Below are positions 1 to 11,700 of a DNA stretch of 64,000 nucleotides, piece by piece. The stretch comes from Halocafeteria seosinensis. Its lineage: Eukaryota. The position numbers were made by a program, and so were the translations under genes. The notes beneath the pieces were generated by a model. That model did no database searches and was not told the DNA's origin. It saw nothing but the letters and a program-made list of their open reading frames with translations. The stretch spans positions 1 through 64,000 of the forward strand of contig LVLI01000336.1 of the NCBI GenBank assembly GCA_001687465.1. Reading direction: 5' to 3'. How positions within the stretch are numbered: position 1 is the stretch's first letter; the number at the start of each line of letters is the position of its first letter.

Positions 1-2044
1 GGGCCATGTTCTGTTGTGTCACGGCTGCGGGCAATGGGTCAGCTTCACCGCTCCTTTGTTNACGAAAACGCATTTTAAGCTCCTGGACAAGTTCGCCAAG
101 GAAGGTCCGGACAGAAGATGCAGTCTCAGGAACACTACACCGTACCCTTCTACCGTAGTGCCTTAGGCAACGGCAAAATTCAAGAGCATCCGTGCCACCG
201 TCCGAGATTTCTGCGATTACACCAGCCAAATGATCAGCAATTGCATACGCATTTGCCCTCCATGAGGATGCTTCATTCGTAGCAGTCCCTAATAGTCCTT
301 CCACCATGGCCCTACAGAGTAGCTCCAATACAGCATAGTCCACTCTGTCCGCGTCTATAAGAACTTTCTCTTCAGCCATAACACCATCTACGTCTAATTG
401 TACAATAGCGTTGATTAGAGGCTTCCACTGAGCAGACGCGACATCTCTTGTTGACTCATCAGCGGAAAGAGGTGACGATATGCTAGGCTTCCCAAGCTGA
501 TTCTCTGTTTGTTCACCAGAGTCATGCGTTTCCGTCGACATAGGCTTGATATTGAATTCACTCGCCTCCACAGCTTTAACCTTTGCCCGACGTAGTTTTT
601 TATAAACTAGCTGTGTCTCTTGGTAAGTAGGCCGTCCGGTGACGAAAGTTATCTTGCGAATCCGGTCATCAGTCGGGTGTAGGATACATCCTTCCACGTT
701 TTGAAAGTGTCGTAACAGGGAGTCCCGGGATTCGGGACCAAATGATTCATTCAGAAAAGTGCTCACCTCCTTCGGAAACTTGTTTGAGCTGTTCTTGGAG
801 TACGCTCTTTCAATAACAGAGCTCGGAGCTTGTCCACCCACCTGCTGGCCAAAGAGTATATTCATGTTCCTGCGAGAAGCCCCGATGAAAATTCTACCAC
901 AACATGCCAAAAGAGGACGAAGGGAAGCGAGTAATTCATGGATTTGAGTTGCCAGCAATATCTCATTGTTTCTCCGTATCTGTGCGCCCATGCTTGTCGC
1001 CTTTGCTCCTGTGGCATCCCTTGAAGATTGAGACCCTCCTTGCTTTTTCCTTGTTGTGTATTTATGCAGGGTTTTGTGAAACAGGGAAATGACTTCGGGG
1101 GTATCCTCTCGAGACAGTCTCTGCGTTACTGCCTCCAGGTCTTCTACTGAATCACTTCGTACGGTACCAAGTGTCTTTATGGCAGATAATGCATCTGCGC
1201 TTTGCCACGCTAAACTTCTTTTCGAAGAGTCAAACCTGCTGAGTACGGTACCGGAACGAGACCCGTTAGTCGTACTAGCCTGTGGACGGCTTCGATATGG
1301 AATTTTGTTTTCAAATACTGATAGGGCAAAATGCCCGCTCGAAAACAAAATAACGGCCCAAGTGTCCCGCTGCACCGGATGGCCACAAACCTCTCTGCCA
1401 ACAAATGCTTCCGGTGGTAATGATATCGCCGGGAGCACAGGGGATCCATTCCATTCGAGTGTGTCTACATGAGCGAAGTCTTGCCAAGATTGCGGCAACA
1501 ACGACTTCCACGTCTGTAGCAGCAGCACAGCGCTGCTGCGAGACGCACCCGAGACGCCATTACCACTATCATCGTGGGACTCCGAGGTTTGTGTTTGCCG
1601 CTCATGCTCGTGAGGTTTGATGGTAAATTCGGCAAGTGCGCTTCCTTTCCACAATTGGTCACATACGAATTTCACATGTTCCCGTTCCGAAAGGGTCGGA
1701 TTCCTGTCCTGCCACCAAACTTTTCCGTTACTTCCAGGACTCTTCAGGCAACTCCGAAAATCCTCTGTATACGTTCCATTAGCACTGTATATCTCCTCTT
1801 CATCATCATTATCCTCGCTGCTGCTCGTCGATTCATCCTCCTCCTCCTCTTTCACTTCCTGTGCCCCATTTGAAACATGGGACTGCTGCTGCTGACGGCG
1901 GATAGCACGTAGATGCTTTTCATCACGCCTACAATGCTCTCTATAGCTCTTTATCGTATCAAAATGCTCATTACAGCGGTGGCATGACACCCCTCCGCCA
2001 CCAGGAGGAAGGCTTTCGGAGGCTCCTATAGACGAGGCTGCCAT
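1..2044 (-). CDS. VMS1: Vms1/ANKZF1-like peptidyl-tRNA release factor (C2H2 zinc finger + VLRF1 domain); 3' end runs off the window or through the N at position 61
   Basis: Absent from the ORF track. Manual translation from ATG 2044 gives MAASSIG...CHRCNEHFDTIKSYREHCRRDEKH (C2H2 finger), an acidic tract and WAVILFSSGHFALSVF. It continues FHKTLHKYTTRKKQGGSQSSRD...SMGAQIRRNNE (about 965-1082, in frame) and DDRIRKITFVTGRPTYQET. These match the Vms1/ANKZF1 signature HKTFHRYTxRxKQGGSQ...LRRYNE. Confidence 0.9.
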   Translation of the reverse strand, partial: MAASSIGASESLPPGGGGVSCHRCNEHFDTIKSYREHCRRDEKHLRAIRRQQQQSHVSNGAQEVKEEEEDESTSSSEDNDDEEEIYSANGTYTEDFRSCLKSPGSNGKVWWQDRNPTLSEREHVKFVCDQLWKGSALAEFTIKPHEHERQTQTSESHDDSGNGVSGASRSSAVLLLQTWKSLLPQSWQDFAHVDTLEWNGSPVLPAISLPPEAFVGREVCGHPVQRDTWAVILFSSGHFALSVFENKIPYRSRPQASTTNGSRSGTVLSRFDSSKRSLAWQSADALSAIKTLGTVRSDSVEDLEAVTQRLSREDTPEVISLFHKTLHKYTTRKKQGGSQSSRDATGAKATSMGAQIRRNNEILLATQIHELLASLRPLLACCGRIFIGASRRNMNILFGQQVGGQAPSSVIERAYSKNSSNKFPKEVSTFLNESFGPESRDSLLRHFQNVEGCILHPTDDRIRKITFVTGRPTYQETQLVYKKLRRAKVKAVEASEFNIKPMSTETHDSGEQTENQLGKPSISSPLSADESTRDVASAQWKPLINAIVQLDVDGVMAEEKVLIDADRVDYAVLELLCRAMVEGLLGTATNEASSWRANAYAIADHLAGVIAEISDGGTDALEFCRCLRHYGRRVRCSVPETASSVRTFLGELVQELKMRFRXQRSGEADPLPAAVTQQNMA

Positions 2045-2222
2045 CCTCTATGGTTTCCAGGTGTATTCAACACTAACAACAATCTAACCACTACAGTACA
2101 TGAAACTATCCTAGCCTACTATACACTACTAGTAACAATAGCGTGTGAAAACTTTCGTTCACAGACCCCAACTTCAACTTGGAAGCCATTTTCTCCTTCA
2201 TTCACATGCCACATGCAAGCAT

Positions 2223-2907
2223 TCACGATGATACCGTGGGGCCTCTACGGTTCTCGCGTTTCCACGTTTGGACAACGGGGCGTAGATCTTGAGTATCAGC
2301 AGGGATAGAGGTCAAAAAGTCCCGGAAAATCAACAATTCCCGGTCTTCACGGAGCTCACGAGGACTTGCATAGAACTCATTGCATACAATGCCATTTTCG
2401 GGTTGACCTGCCATGTACCCCGGGTTGTTATCTATGATGATGGTACGCTTTAAATCGCGCCCCAGTTTCCTCAAATCTTTGCCGTAGGGGAAATCGCCAC
2501 ACGAGAATCCAGAAACTCGCCATCGAATGTAATCCCGACTTTTATCTAGTCCATCCGCCACACCATTCACGTAGATGGGGTGTCCACTGCCCCACAATAC
2601 AATTTCAAACTTTTTACTAACTTCCCGCAAGAATTCATTTACGTGGGGACGAAACACAACCTGAAGCTGGCCGTCCAACAGGGAAACATCAGGCTTGACT
2701 TCCGTAAATCCCTGCAGCGATAGAAAGAAAAGAAGATTTCAAATCTGGGTAGACAAGTTGCCATTGCATTGCAAGATTCAATCAACATGAATAGCTTACC
2801 CCTGCATCTTCCGCATGGGCAAGAGTTTCATTAATATCTAGAACAAGTGTCCATTTATCCTTATCTTCAGGCCGTGGTGGAGGTAATGGTGTTTCTTGTC
2901 GAGACAT
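2223..2907 (-). CDS. FCP1/SCP (NIF-domain, HAD-fold) CTD-phosphatase/TIM50-like protein, 2 exons (2907-2800, 2711-2223), about 198 aa
   Basis: Exon 1 MSRQETPLPPPRPEDKDKWTLVLDINETLAH joins in frame across GT-AG intron 2799-2712 to RPHVNEFL...KDLRKLGRDLKRTIIIDN...QPENGI...DRELL. These are typical NIF-domain motifs. Confidence 0.88.
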
Positions 2908-3303
2908 GGCCAATCACAGTAAGAAGTGAAACTAATCGTATTCTCCACGTTGCCCCAGTTGGAGATACACACACACACACAAATGTGACAGATAGCCCAC
3001 CGGCCGTTGGAGATGGGAGCAAAATATCAATCCAATGAATTGTTGTACCCAAACTAACAATCACGTTCAGCGAGTTGCACTTGCACTTTTCCAAACTTCT
3101 TCGGCCGGCCGTTTGCGTGATCACTTCGATTATGTGATAGGATCCATCCACCAAGTGAAAAAAATAAGGGGTTTTCCATATCATTTTGTACCACATGTTG
3201 GTCCCTGCCAAACCCCCCGCTGGCCAGGCTACATATCCTCCATACTTCTGCATTGTTGGTTCTTAGCGTTCTTTGCGGTATACATTCACATTTATACAAT
3301 AGT

Positions 3304-5667
3304 ATGGCGAACGAGACGACGACGGATTTGGGTGAATGGCGTCAAACAGCCGAATCTGTGCTGTTGGGACCAGAGGCTCCGACCCAAGACGGTACGTATT
3401 GTCTGTATACGAGCTGTTTTCTCCCCCTTTTACAGCATGTTTGCCCCCTCATTCAGATATCGCGAGTCAGATAGTACGGGAAGTTGAAGGACATGGAGGT
3501 GTCTTTGTGGATAAAAACAGGACAATCCGGGTGCAATTCGACCAGATTCCTCGCGCCATTTTGGAGTGTATACACGCTTGCTCTGGCGGTATGAACGTGC
3601 ATGAGCCTCTTTGCTATTGGATAAATCTACTGGCCAAGGTGCTGTACCGATCACCCCTGTCAAAAGCAGTCTTTGACTATGAGGACCTCTTCCGGCAAGT
3701 CCTGGAAGCCGTGGCGAACCATGTCAGTACTGAATTGCAGCAGTTCGAGGCAGATGATGAGCAAAAACAGCGGCGCAAGCTGGATTTGGCTATGTATGCG
3801 GCTCAGCTCATGACGTTTGCGGCTCCAATGATGACGGCGTACTCGTGGCGGACAACTACCGAGTGTATCTCAAACTTTGTGGGCGTCTGGACGCGAAGCA
3901 TTTTGCACATTGTGGAAGATGGAATGCAACAGGGCCCTACAAAGAAGATACCACCTCTATCCAACACTTTATGTGTTTTACGGAATTACTTTTCCTCGTT
4001 CAGTTCTCATGATCTACTGACGGAAACAGGTATGTCAACTCTGGACTCCGGTTCGGATCATTATAGTGCTGGGCAAACAACGTATTTGGCTTGCAGAAGA
4101 CGTTCGGCCGCTAGTGAAGCTGCTGAATTGCCTAGTGGAAAATTATTCTTCCAAGGAATCGGTAATCAGTGAGAGTGATTGCGCCTTAGTCATGTCCACA
4201 GTGACGGATGTTCTTTCCTCTGCCATCAAGGAAGTGCCCAAATTGCACGAGATCGACAAGGAGAGTCCCCCCAGATCGTTTACCTCAACCTTGGTCAATG
4301 ACCTTTCTTTTTCGAGTTATGTAAAGCATCTCGTCCTCGCAGGCAACCGTTCTGATACCCCCAAACAGGAAGATATTGATAGTGGTGTCGTTGATAACAT
4401 TTTGCGTCTGCAAATAGCTTGCAGTGGATATGTAGACGGGTTGGAACTGTGGCTGCAATTATTGAATGATCTGGTCCTCTCTTGGATGAAACTGTGTTCT
4501 TTGATACAGGTTACACACGTTGACGATATCTCAAATCTTTGTCGCGCTATAGATGCCTCATGTCGCTACTTTTGCTCCCTTGCGAGGTCGTGTGGGTTGC
4601 ACGGTTCTGTCATACCAGATTTCGACAACGCTGCATCGCTAATGAAATACACAGAGGAACTTCAGCGCTGGATTTCAGAAGTACCAGGACAGCTGAAGTC
4701 AATGTCTACCAAAAGCAAGGAAAAACAAACTGCAATGAAACGAAGCTTCAAAGCTTTTGCAGCGGTCGATCATGCGAAAAACGCACTTCAGCTGTGTATG
4801 TTGCTCAGTGATGCTACCTATGCTCCAGCAGAGCTATCAGAAATATTTGGGTGCTACAAGGGGGTATCAGCCTCTCCAATCGTCATCTCCCAACGTGCGG
4901 CAGCCACGGTATTGACACTTTTCATACTTCAGCAAAGAGCGCGGAATGATGGAAATTCAGAAATCCAAACGTTAGTATTGCGGTACACGGAGGAAGCTGA
5001 GCACCGTCTCAGTTGCTGTATGTCATCATTGGCGCGGTCATTTAAACAGTTTGACCGGTTTACCAAAGTCATGCAGAAACAGCTCCTAAAATGCCTTACC
5101 GTAGTATACGAGTCAATGTACCGCGTCTATGGTAAAGGGATAGAGGAACGTATCCTGCCGCTCCATTCGACCTGTGTATGGGAGATACAAAATTTCCCGG
5201 GGCTTTTTGAGGATAGTACAACCAGTGATGATGCAATGGATGGTACTCTAGTTAATTTATCTGCAAAAGCGTTGACTGCATCCTTATATGTTGGTGATGA
5301 AGATACCAGTCAAGCTGTCCAAGTTCACTTCGATAGGTTGGTAGAGGATCTATCAACAGGCGGAACACAGAAAACAGATGAAGAGGAGACCAATAAATCG
5401 AAGCGTGATTATGCCGTTCCAGTTCTCGTTACATACCTGGAAGAACTTCCAAGACAAGACATAAGTAATCCGAATTTACTAGTTCATGTGTTAAAATCAT
5501 TTGAAGGTTGGCTGTCCAATGTTTCCGTCGGCGGCATGCCCGAAGATGAGCAGATCTTGCTATTTGCAGTGGAAGAGTTTGTCAACCGGCTAAAGCAATT
5601 GCACGATAATGACATACACCTGGCTGCGTCAAGGTTGGAGTGCTACTTGAAAAAGCAAATGACATGA
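3304..5667 (+). CDS. Uncharacterised alpha-helical protein, 3 exons (introns about 3392-3456 and 4030-4066)
   Basis: Two frame-compatible phase-1 GT-AG introns link ORFs 3253-3474, 3336-4172 and 4066-5667. No motif recognised. Confidence 0.7.
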
Positions 5668-5781
5668 GCACAGTATTGCCTAATGAAAGCGCGTAGCGAT
5701 TGATGGTTTTATCCGCAGATGAGGATAGGGTACTTTCGATGAGTCTATGTACCCGGGAGGTTGTTCCATTAGTCTTTAAAA

Positions 5782-8700
5782 CTAGGTCTGCTCTACAAAA
5801 CCACGGCGCCCTGGGCCTATGTTTAGCGCAACCTCCTCTATGGCTGTTTTGCTTTTTCCGATTCCAGTGAAGCCATTGTCATCCACTGAAACGGTTAGTG
5901 TGTGATTCCCCGGAGGACAGTTACGAGAGGATTCACATGTGTATGCGAGTTCTTGAAGCGCATAGTTCACGTCCGCCTGACTCCCGAGAAACTTCATTCG
6001 ATTATTTTCTATACCATTCCCGTTCGAGAAATGAAGCCCCCGTACACTGAACACGGATACCAAGCCTTGTGTCACGTTTACGGAGACAGTAAGATAACCT
6101 CCAAGCCCGATACCGAACGGACTAGTAATCATAGCCTGCAGAACATCAGGGTCCTGGATTCCGAGACCGAATATCGTGAATGGCTCATCCACAAATCCAA
6201 CAATCGGAAGAGCCGAGCTCGTAATAACCGGAACTTCGTTGACTGGAGCAATATATACATCAATAGTGGTATTTGCTAGCCCTTGGCCACCAAAACGCGC
6301 TGCAGCGCTATTGTCGTTGACAGAGATAAAAATTTTATCGCGTTTGTGAACTCCAGTCAGCGAGATATATCTAATTATTCTCAAAGCGCTGTTAATTTCC
6401 TCCAATGGGCCGTGCAGCGTTACGGTGCTTCCAACTCCGGAAGCTGGGTCGTATTCCAAAGCAGCGACAAACAATGGCTGCAGATTACAAGCGGAACAGC
6501 TGAGGGAAACGTCGAATGTAGAGTCCTTAGCTGTGTCGACGTCTTCTATAAACACTGAACGAGCGACCAAATCCCTGTAGTCCGAAGGGGCACGAGGCGA
6601 GGCCGTGTCAGCGGTACGTTCCGCTACCGATTTCAATGTCCCCGAAAATAAGAAACGCTCGTTCAATCTTACTAGGCTAGCATACTGGTACACTGAGAGT
6701 GCAGAGCTTTCTATACTAAATTGACCGTCCGTATACTCAAAAGCTGCGGATGCCTCTCCGAGAGCGGTATCAAAGATGAACAAGGAATACGGGGCCATCG
6801 CGTTTCTCTTACTTCTTTCATTCTGTGCAGCAAAAACGAGGAGTGGATTTCCACCTTTTTCGCAAGTATTGACCAATGTCAGCATTGTAGGGAAGGAACT
6901 TATTGCCCCTTGAGCAATATCTGCTACCATGCGTGTGTTGGATTCAGTACCGTCCGTTCTCCACAGTTCGGTACCATGAATGCCGTCTTCAGCGGAGAAG
7001 TAGACAGCCGCAGAATCCATTTGACTGTCCAGCTCCTGAAAAAAACGCGGAACCGACGAAGGAGTTCCTGGGAAGATGTCTTTCACTAACGTTGCTATTG
7101 AACCATTCAGTGAATACAATTCTCTACCGGTTTCCTCCGAATGTCCTGAGAAGAACGATATGCCGAATAAGGGAGAGTATGTAAGTTGTTGCGGATCCCT
7201 CGCTACCGTATCTAGACGTCTTGCAGCAAGGTTTTCGTGTGCATTGGCATCATCCAGGCCGATTTCCCAGAGCACCCGCTGATCTTCGCAATTAGAAGCA
7301 GAAAATACGAGGCGGTTAAATGCTCGGTCATAGACTATGTCCTCGGGGTTCGAAGAGCGTCTTCCATGACACACGTCGGCAAGCAATTGAATACTGCCGC
7401 CTGCTTCGAGCCGCCAAAGCTCTCTACCTGTATATGGTGAGTCTGCAGCAAACACAAGGAACTCAGTGGACTCTTGAGTTACGACCAGCAGATGTTTAGG
7501 GTCTGAGGACTTTAAACCAGGGTTTAGATCTGTTTCCCTGTTGACATTTCGCTCTTCGTCCATCGACCATAGCTCACGCCCCGCTCGTAAATAGCAGGAG
7601 GCTTGAGCCTTCCGACAAGAGTCTTCCGTATCGAAACCGTTTCGCGTCTTACCTCTCACACAGACTGCACCCGCAAATTCCCGAGATGGGCGATCATCAT
7701 GCCTTATGTCAGCAATGGATACTGACGCGGCATCGATGTATGCCCCATTTTCTCTTGAATCACTAAATCTAAACTTCCTTCGGAACCTCCCTTTAAATTG
7801 GAACCCGCTCCAACCACATTGACCGAAATATATCGGTTTCTCATTGAGAGTTCTCTTTACGCTTTCTAGTATCAGAGGCCATTCCTCTGTAGATGCCCAG
7901 TGGAAATCTGCAGGACAGTCATAGTTCCTCAGTATGTCCCACTGATCCAATCTACTTGCGACGAATGCTACTTCGACTGAACTATCTGGGAAAACCGAGT
8001 CTGTAAATCTCTGGCCTTGACACTCATCATCACGCAGAACCCAACTCGTATCGATCCCATCCGCCGCAAAGTACAGTTTGCTACCCCACTGCGCTAAGTA
8101 CGCAGGCGATGAGCTACGTATACCAGGCATAATGTCTTCAATTCTCACGGTACCTGTCTCTGAATGCTCCCAAAGTTCAATGTCAGCCTCTGAATCCGTC
8201 ACATTGCCGGCAGCGAAGAAAACTGAGTTGTCGAATGACACGAGGAACCGAGGGATACTTTTAAGTCGTTCAATACCCAGTTGAGCGGTTTGCAGCAGCT
8301 GCCATTTCTCTGATGTTAACGAACGAATACCTTCTTCCAAAATTAGTTCATTGGCACGTGGACAAACGTATGATGATAGCAAGCCCCATATCTCAGGCGA
8401 AGCAGAAGCAGAGACTGCCGCCGAACTGGCTGTCCACCAAAACTGAGGTATCGTGACTGTTGCACCTTCTCGGGATTTAAAACTTGATGCACCATCAAAG
8501 TTGGCTGCTGTCAAGATCACGGGGTCATCGTTCACTTCAAGCACATTTATTGGTAACTCAACTGTGTGGAATTCGGGAACACCTTCCCCAGTATGGCCGC
8601 CGTCATTGATGGTGATCCTTACAAAATCGTTTCCTGAGAAGTTTGGAATGCTTCTGTAAGCTAAGCAGCTTAAGAGAATCTGCGTGTCTTCGAGAGTCGC

Positions 8701-11700
8701 TCGAAATGTTACCATACTATCCGTAACATGTTGCCCAAACGCAACATCAATGTTGAGAGTAGTGGTTATTTCTCTTCTGCTGATGCTTTCCAGTAACGCT
8801 TTTTGTGGGGGGCCTACCGTCCGGTTGTTTAGTTCCGCGAAGAGGAGAATACAATGGCTACATACAATGGTCGTTTGTAGAGCTTCTGGTCCGAGATCAT
8901 TGATGTCTACATCTCGGACCAATATTCCTTGTAAGAGTTGGATTTCGTCCTCGAGAACGATTAGCGTTTCCACTGACATGGGGATGATTGACAACTGGTC
9001 ACCAAACCAGTCGGCTGGATCGCCACCTGTGGCCAATACTTCCCCAGGAAGTGTTACCACCGGTGCATCGTTTATCGGATGCACAAAGACTAGATATGTG
9101 AAAGTGTCGCTGGTCTGTGGGCCTTCGCCAAAGTTCCCTAGGTCATCAACAGTAACGGTGACGGTATCGGGACCCGCGTCAATGCTATTCCAATTCAAGT
9201 TGGGGCGATAGTTCAGTAACGTCAGGACTGATTTTACTACCGCGTAGGGCATCTTAACCGTAACGTTTGCGCCCGAGATGGAAGACGAGGTTCGCTGCTG
9301 TCTACCGGCATTGAATGATTCTTGAGCAAAGACTTGTTCACGCTCCCCACCGAGTCCAAAAGTATCGCTCAATTGAACAACACCCGGTTCACTCCGTTGC
9401 TTGGTGACCGTAGAACCGTTGATAATCAATGCTTCTACGACTGTGTTGATGAATAACGTTCCATGTTCAGCAGTAATGGTCAGTAACACCGTCGAACCAC
9501 GCAAGTCTACGGTGGGATGGTGCTCACTGGAGTTGAGTTCAGGAATGGGTTCTAGGTCTTCATCGAAAAGGGTAAGCTGCGGTAGCAGCACTTGAGAGTC
9601 CTCGTCGCCAATAATCATACCATTGATGAGATCCGAAGTATCCAGAAGACTCAAGGTTATAGGATCGTTCAGGGGAATCAGCTCAACCTCTATCACTTTA
9701 TAGGCAAAGAGCATCGCCGCTGGCGTTGATTCGTCGTTAGCTGAAGTAACGGTTATCGTAACATTGTCCATGCCAAACATCCCGTCCATAGACATATATG
9801 AAAGCCCCTCCAATAAATACATTGCGTTTGGAACATCCACTTCGACATGTATCAGCCTGTCTAGGATTCCTGTTCCCCGCAGCAGCCGGAAAGAGCTGGA
9901 AGTGTGCAAAGACAAGAGCCCCTTGAAGGAAGAAATTACTACCTCAAACGTTGAACGAAACGTAGGTAGTCCACCACTTGCCCGAATCTCTAGACCGCAA
10001 AGTCTCAAATCCTCTCTTTCCTTTACATGATAGGATAAAATGACAAGGTTAGATGGGTATTGAGGCAGGCTCGCGTTTGCACACTCCCTAGCCTTGCTGA
10101 GAGATGAAATAAGTGTAGGGGTGATTGCTGTTTCCGGAACTATTTGAATCGGGAATGCCTCTGTGTCCGTCATGGATACATTGTGGCGGGCACCCCCGCT
10201 CATGCTTGCTCCTTTATCGTCTGCATGCAGTGACAGTATATCCAGAAATGAGCTATTTCGTCCGCCGGCAGTCATGGGTTGGTATTGAGTTCGTGAGATT
10301 TGCCTATTAAGGTCTTCTATGCTTCCACTGAATTCGATACTTTTCGACCAACTATGGGGAAAGGAGGAGTTTCCATAGCTTATTCCAGGACTCTTGGCAA
10401 CCCGTATCGTCCCTGTGTCAACTTCCATCGAAACAAATACCGGGTTCAAACCTGCATCGTCGTCAGAAAGAGTGATGCCCCGCACTTTCACAGTGGACCC
10501 CTGCGGAACTGTTAAAACATCGACTGCAAAGCTCCACCGCGGTGCAAGATTGACATCGATTACATTAATTGGTATAGCAGAACTAACGATCCCTTTGTCG
10601 TCTAGTATGCTACTCCGACGTATTTCAGTCTCAGGAGCTCCTGCTGGTGCAAACTTGGAGGATGTAAAACCAGAGTCGTCTGTTGTCACGTTTATCCATT
10701 GTATACCTGTGGTATGCACATCTGGAATGTATACTATACCCGAGAGAGCTTGATTCATGGCTTCGATAGTCCCTACGGCTTCGATGAACGAAGTACGAAA
10801 GAAATGGTCCCTGGCGTAGTACTCCCCGAGGCTATTAGATACTCTTCGCCACGGCTCTCTTCTTCGACCAGACCCAACACCTAACAAATTAACCTCTGCA
10901 GGATTTGACATAAAATTCAGCTCTCTGCGCGTTAGACTGGATGTGGAGATGTCGTCACCTATAGACTCATCATTGTTCAGTGGCTGAAGCACTTCGCTAG
11001 AAGTAGCATTCTTCAGCGGGAAGTTTTTCTCGCGAGGAAATGTTAGGCCTTCAATGGTAGGAAAAAGTAACACACCGGTGCTGGCATTGAGAGTCACCGT
11101 AATGAGGCTTGAAGAAACGTCATTGACGTCGATATCGTCAATGGATAATTCCGTTATTGTCATAGATCCGTTTTTCTCTACACAGATTCCCTCAGTTCCG
11201 ATCAAAATCGTGGGATTGTCATTTACAGGGATTACCACGATCTGTAAGACCGCATGGATAATCAAGGGTCCACTTGCGGCGGACCCTCCAAGCAACATGT
11301 CACCTTCTTCAAAGCGATCCCCCCCTCCTAAGCCACTCCTTCCATGGTCGTTAGCACTTACTTCGATCTTATCGACGCCCATGTTGAGGAAGTTGGAATC
11401 ACTAGGGGGAGTGTACACCAACGATCTCAATACCAAATTGACATCTGGAAGTGGACCCACAAGAGTAACATTACCTGGAAATGCATGCTTCCACGCTGTA
11501 ACAGACACACTGCTTAGACTCTTCTGGAAGGTTACAGCCCCATGCAGTATTGCCACATTAACTGTGAGCACATTGAGGCTCTTGTTAGCAACAAGCGAAA
11601 GCTTTTCATTTCTCGGCAAATCCAAGTCGTCGAAGGCATCATCTAAGTCTACATCACTTATCACAATACCCAAAATCTCACTTGCAGTGTCTTCTGGTAC

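Noticed and set aside
759..1895. Plus-strand ORFs listed at the window start
   Set aside because: They lie antisense to the Vms1/ANKZF1 frame, which carries the conserved motifs.
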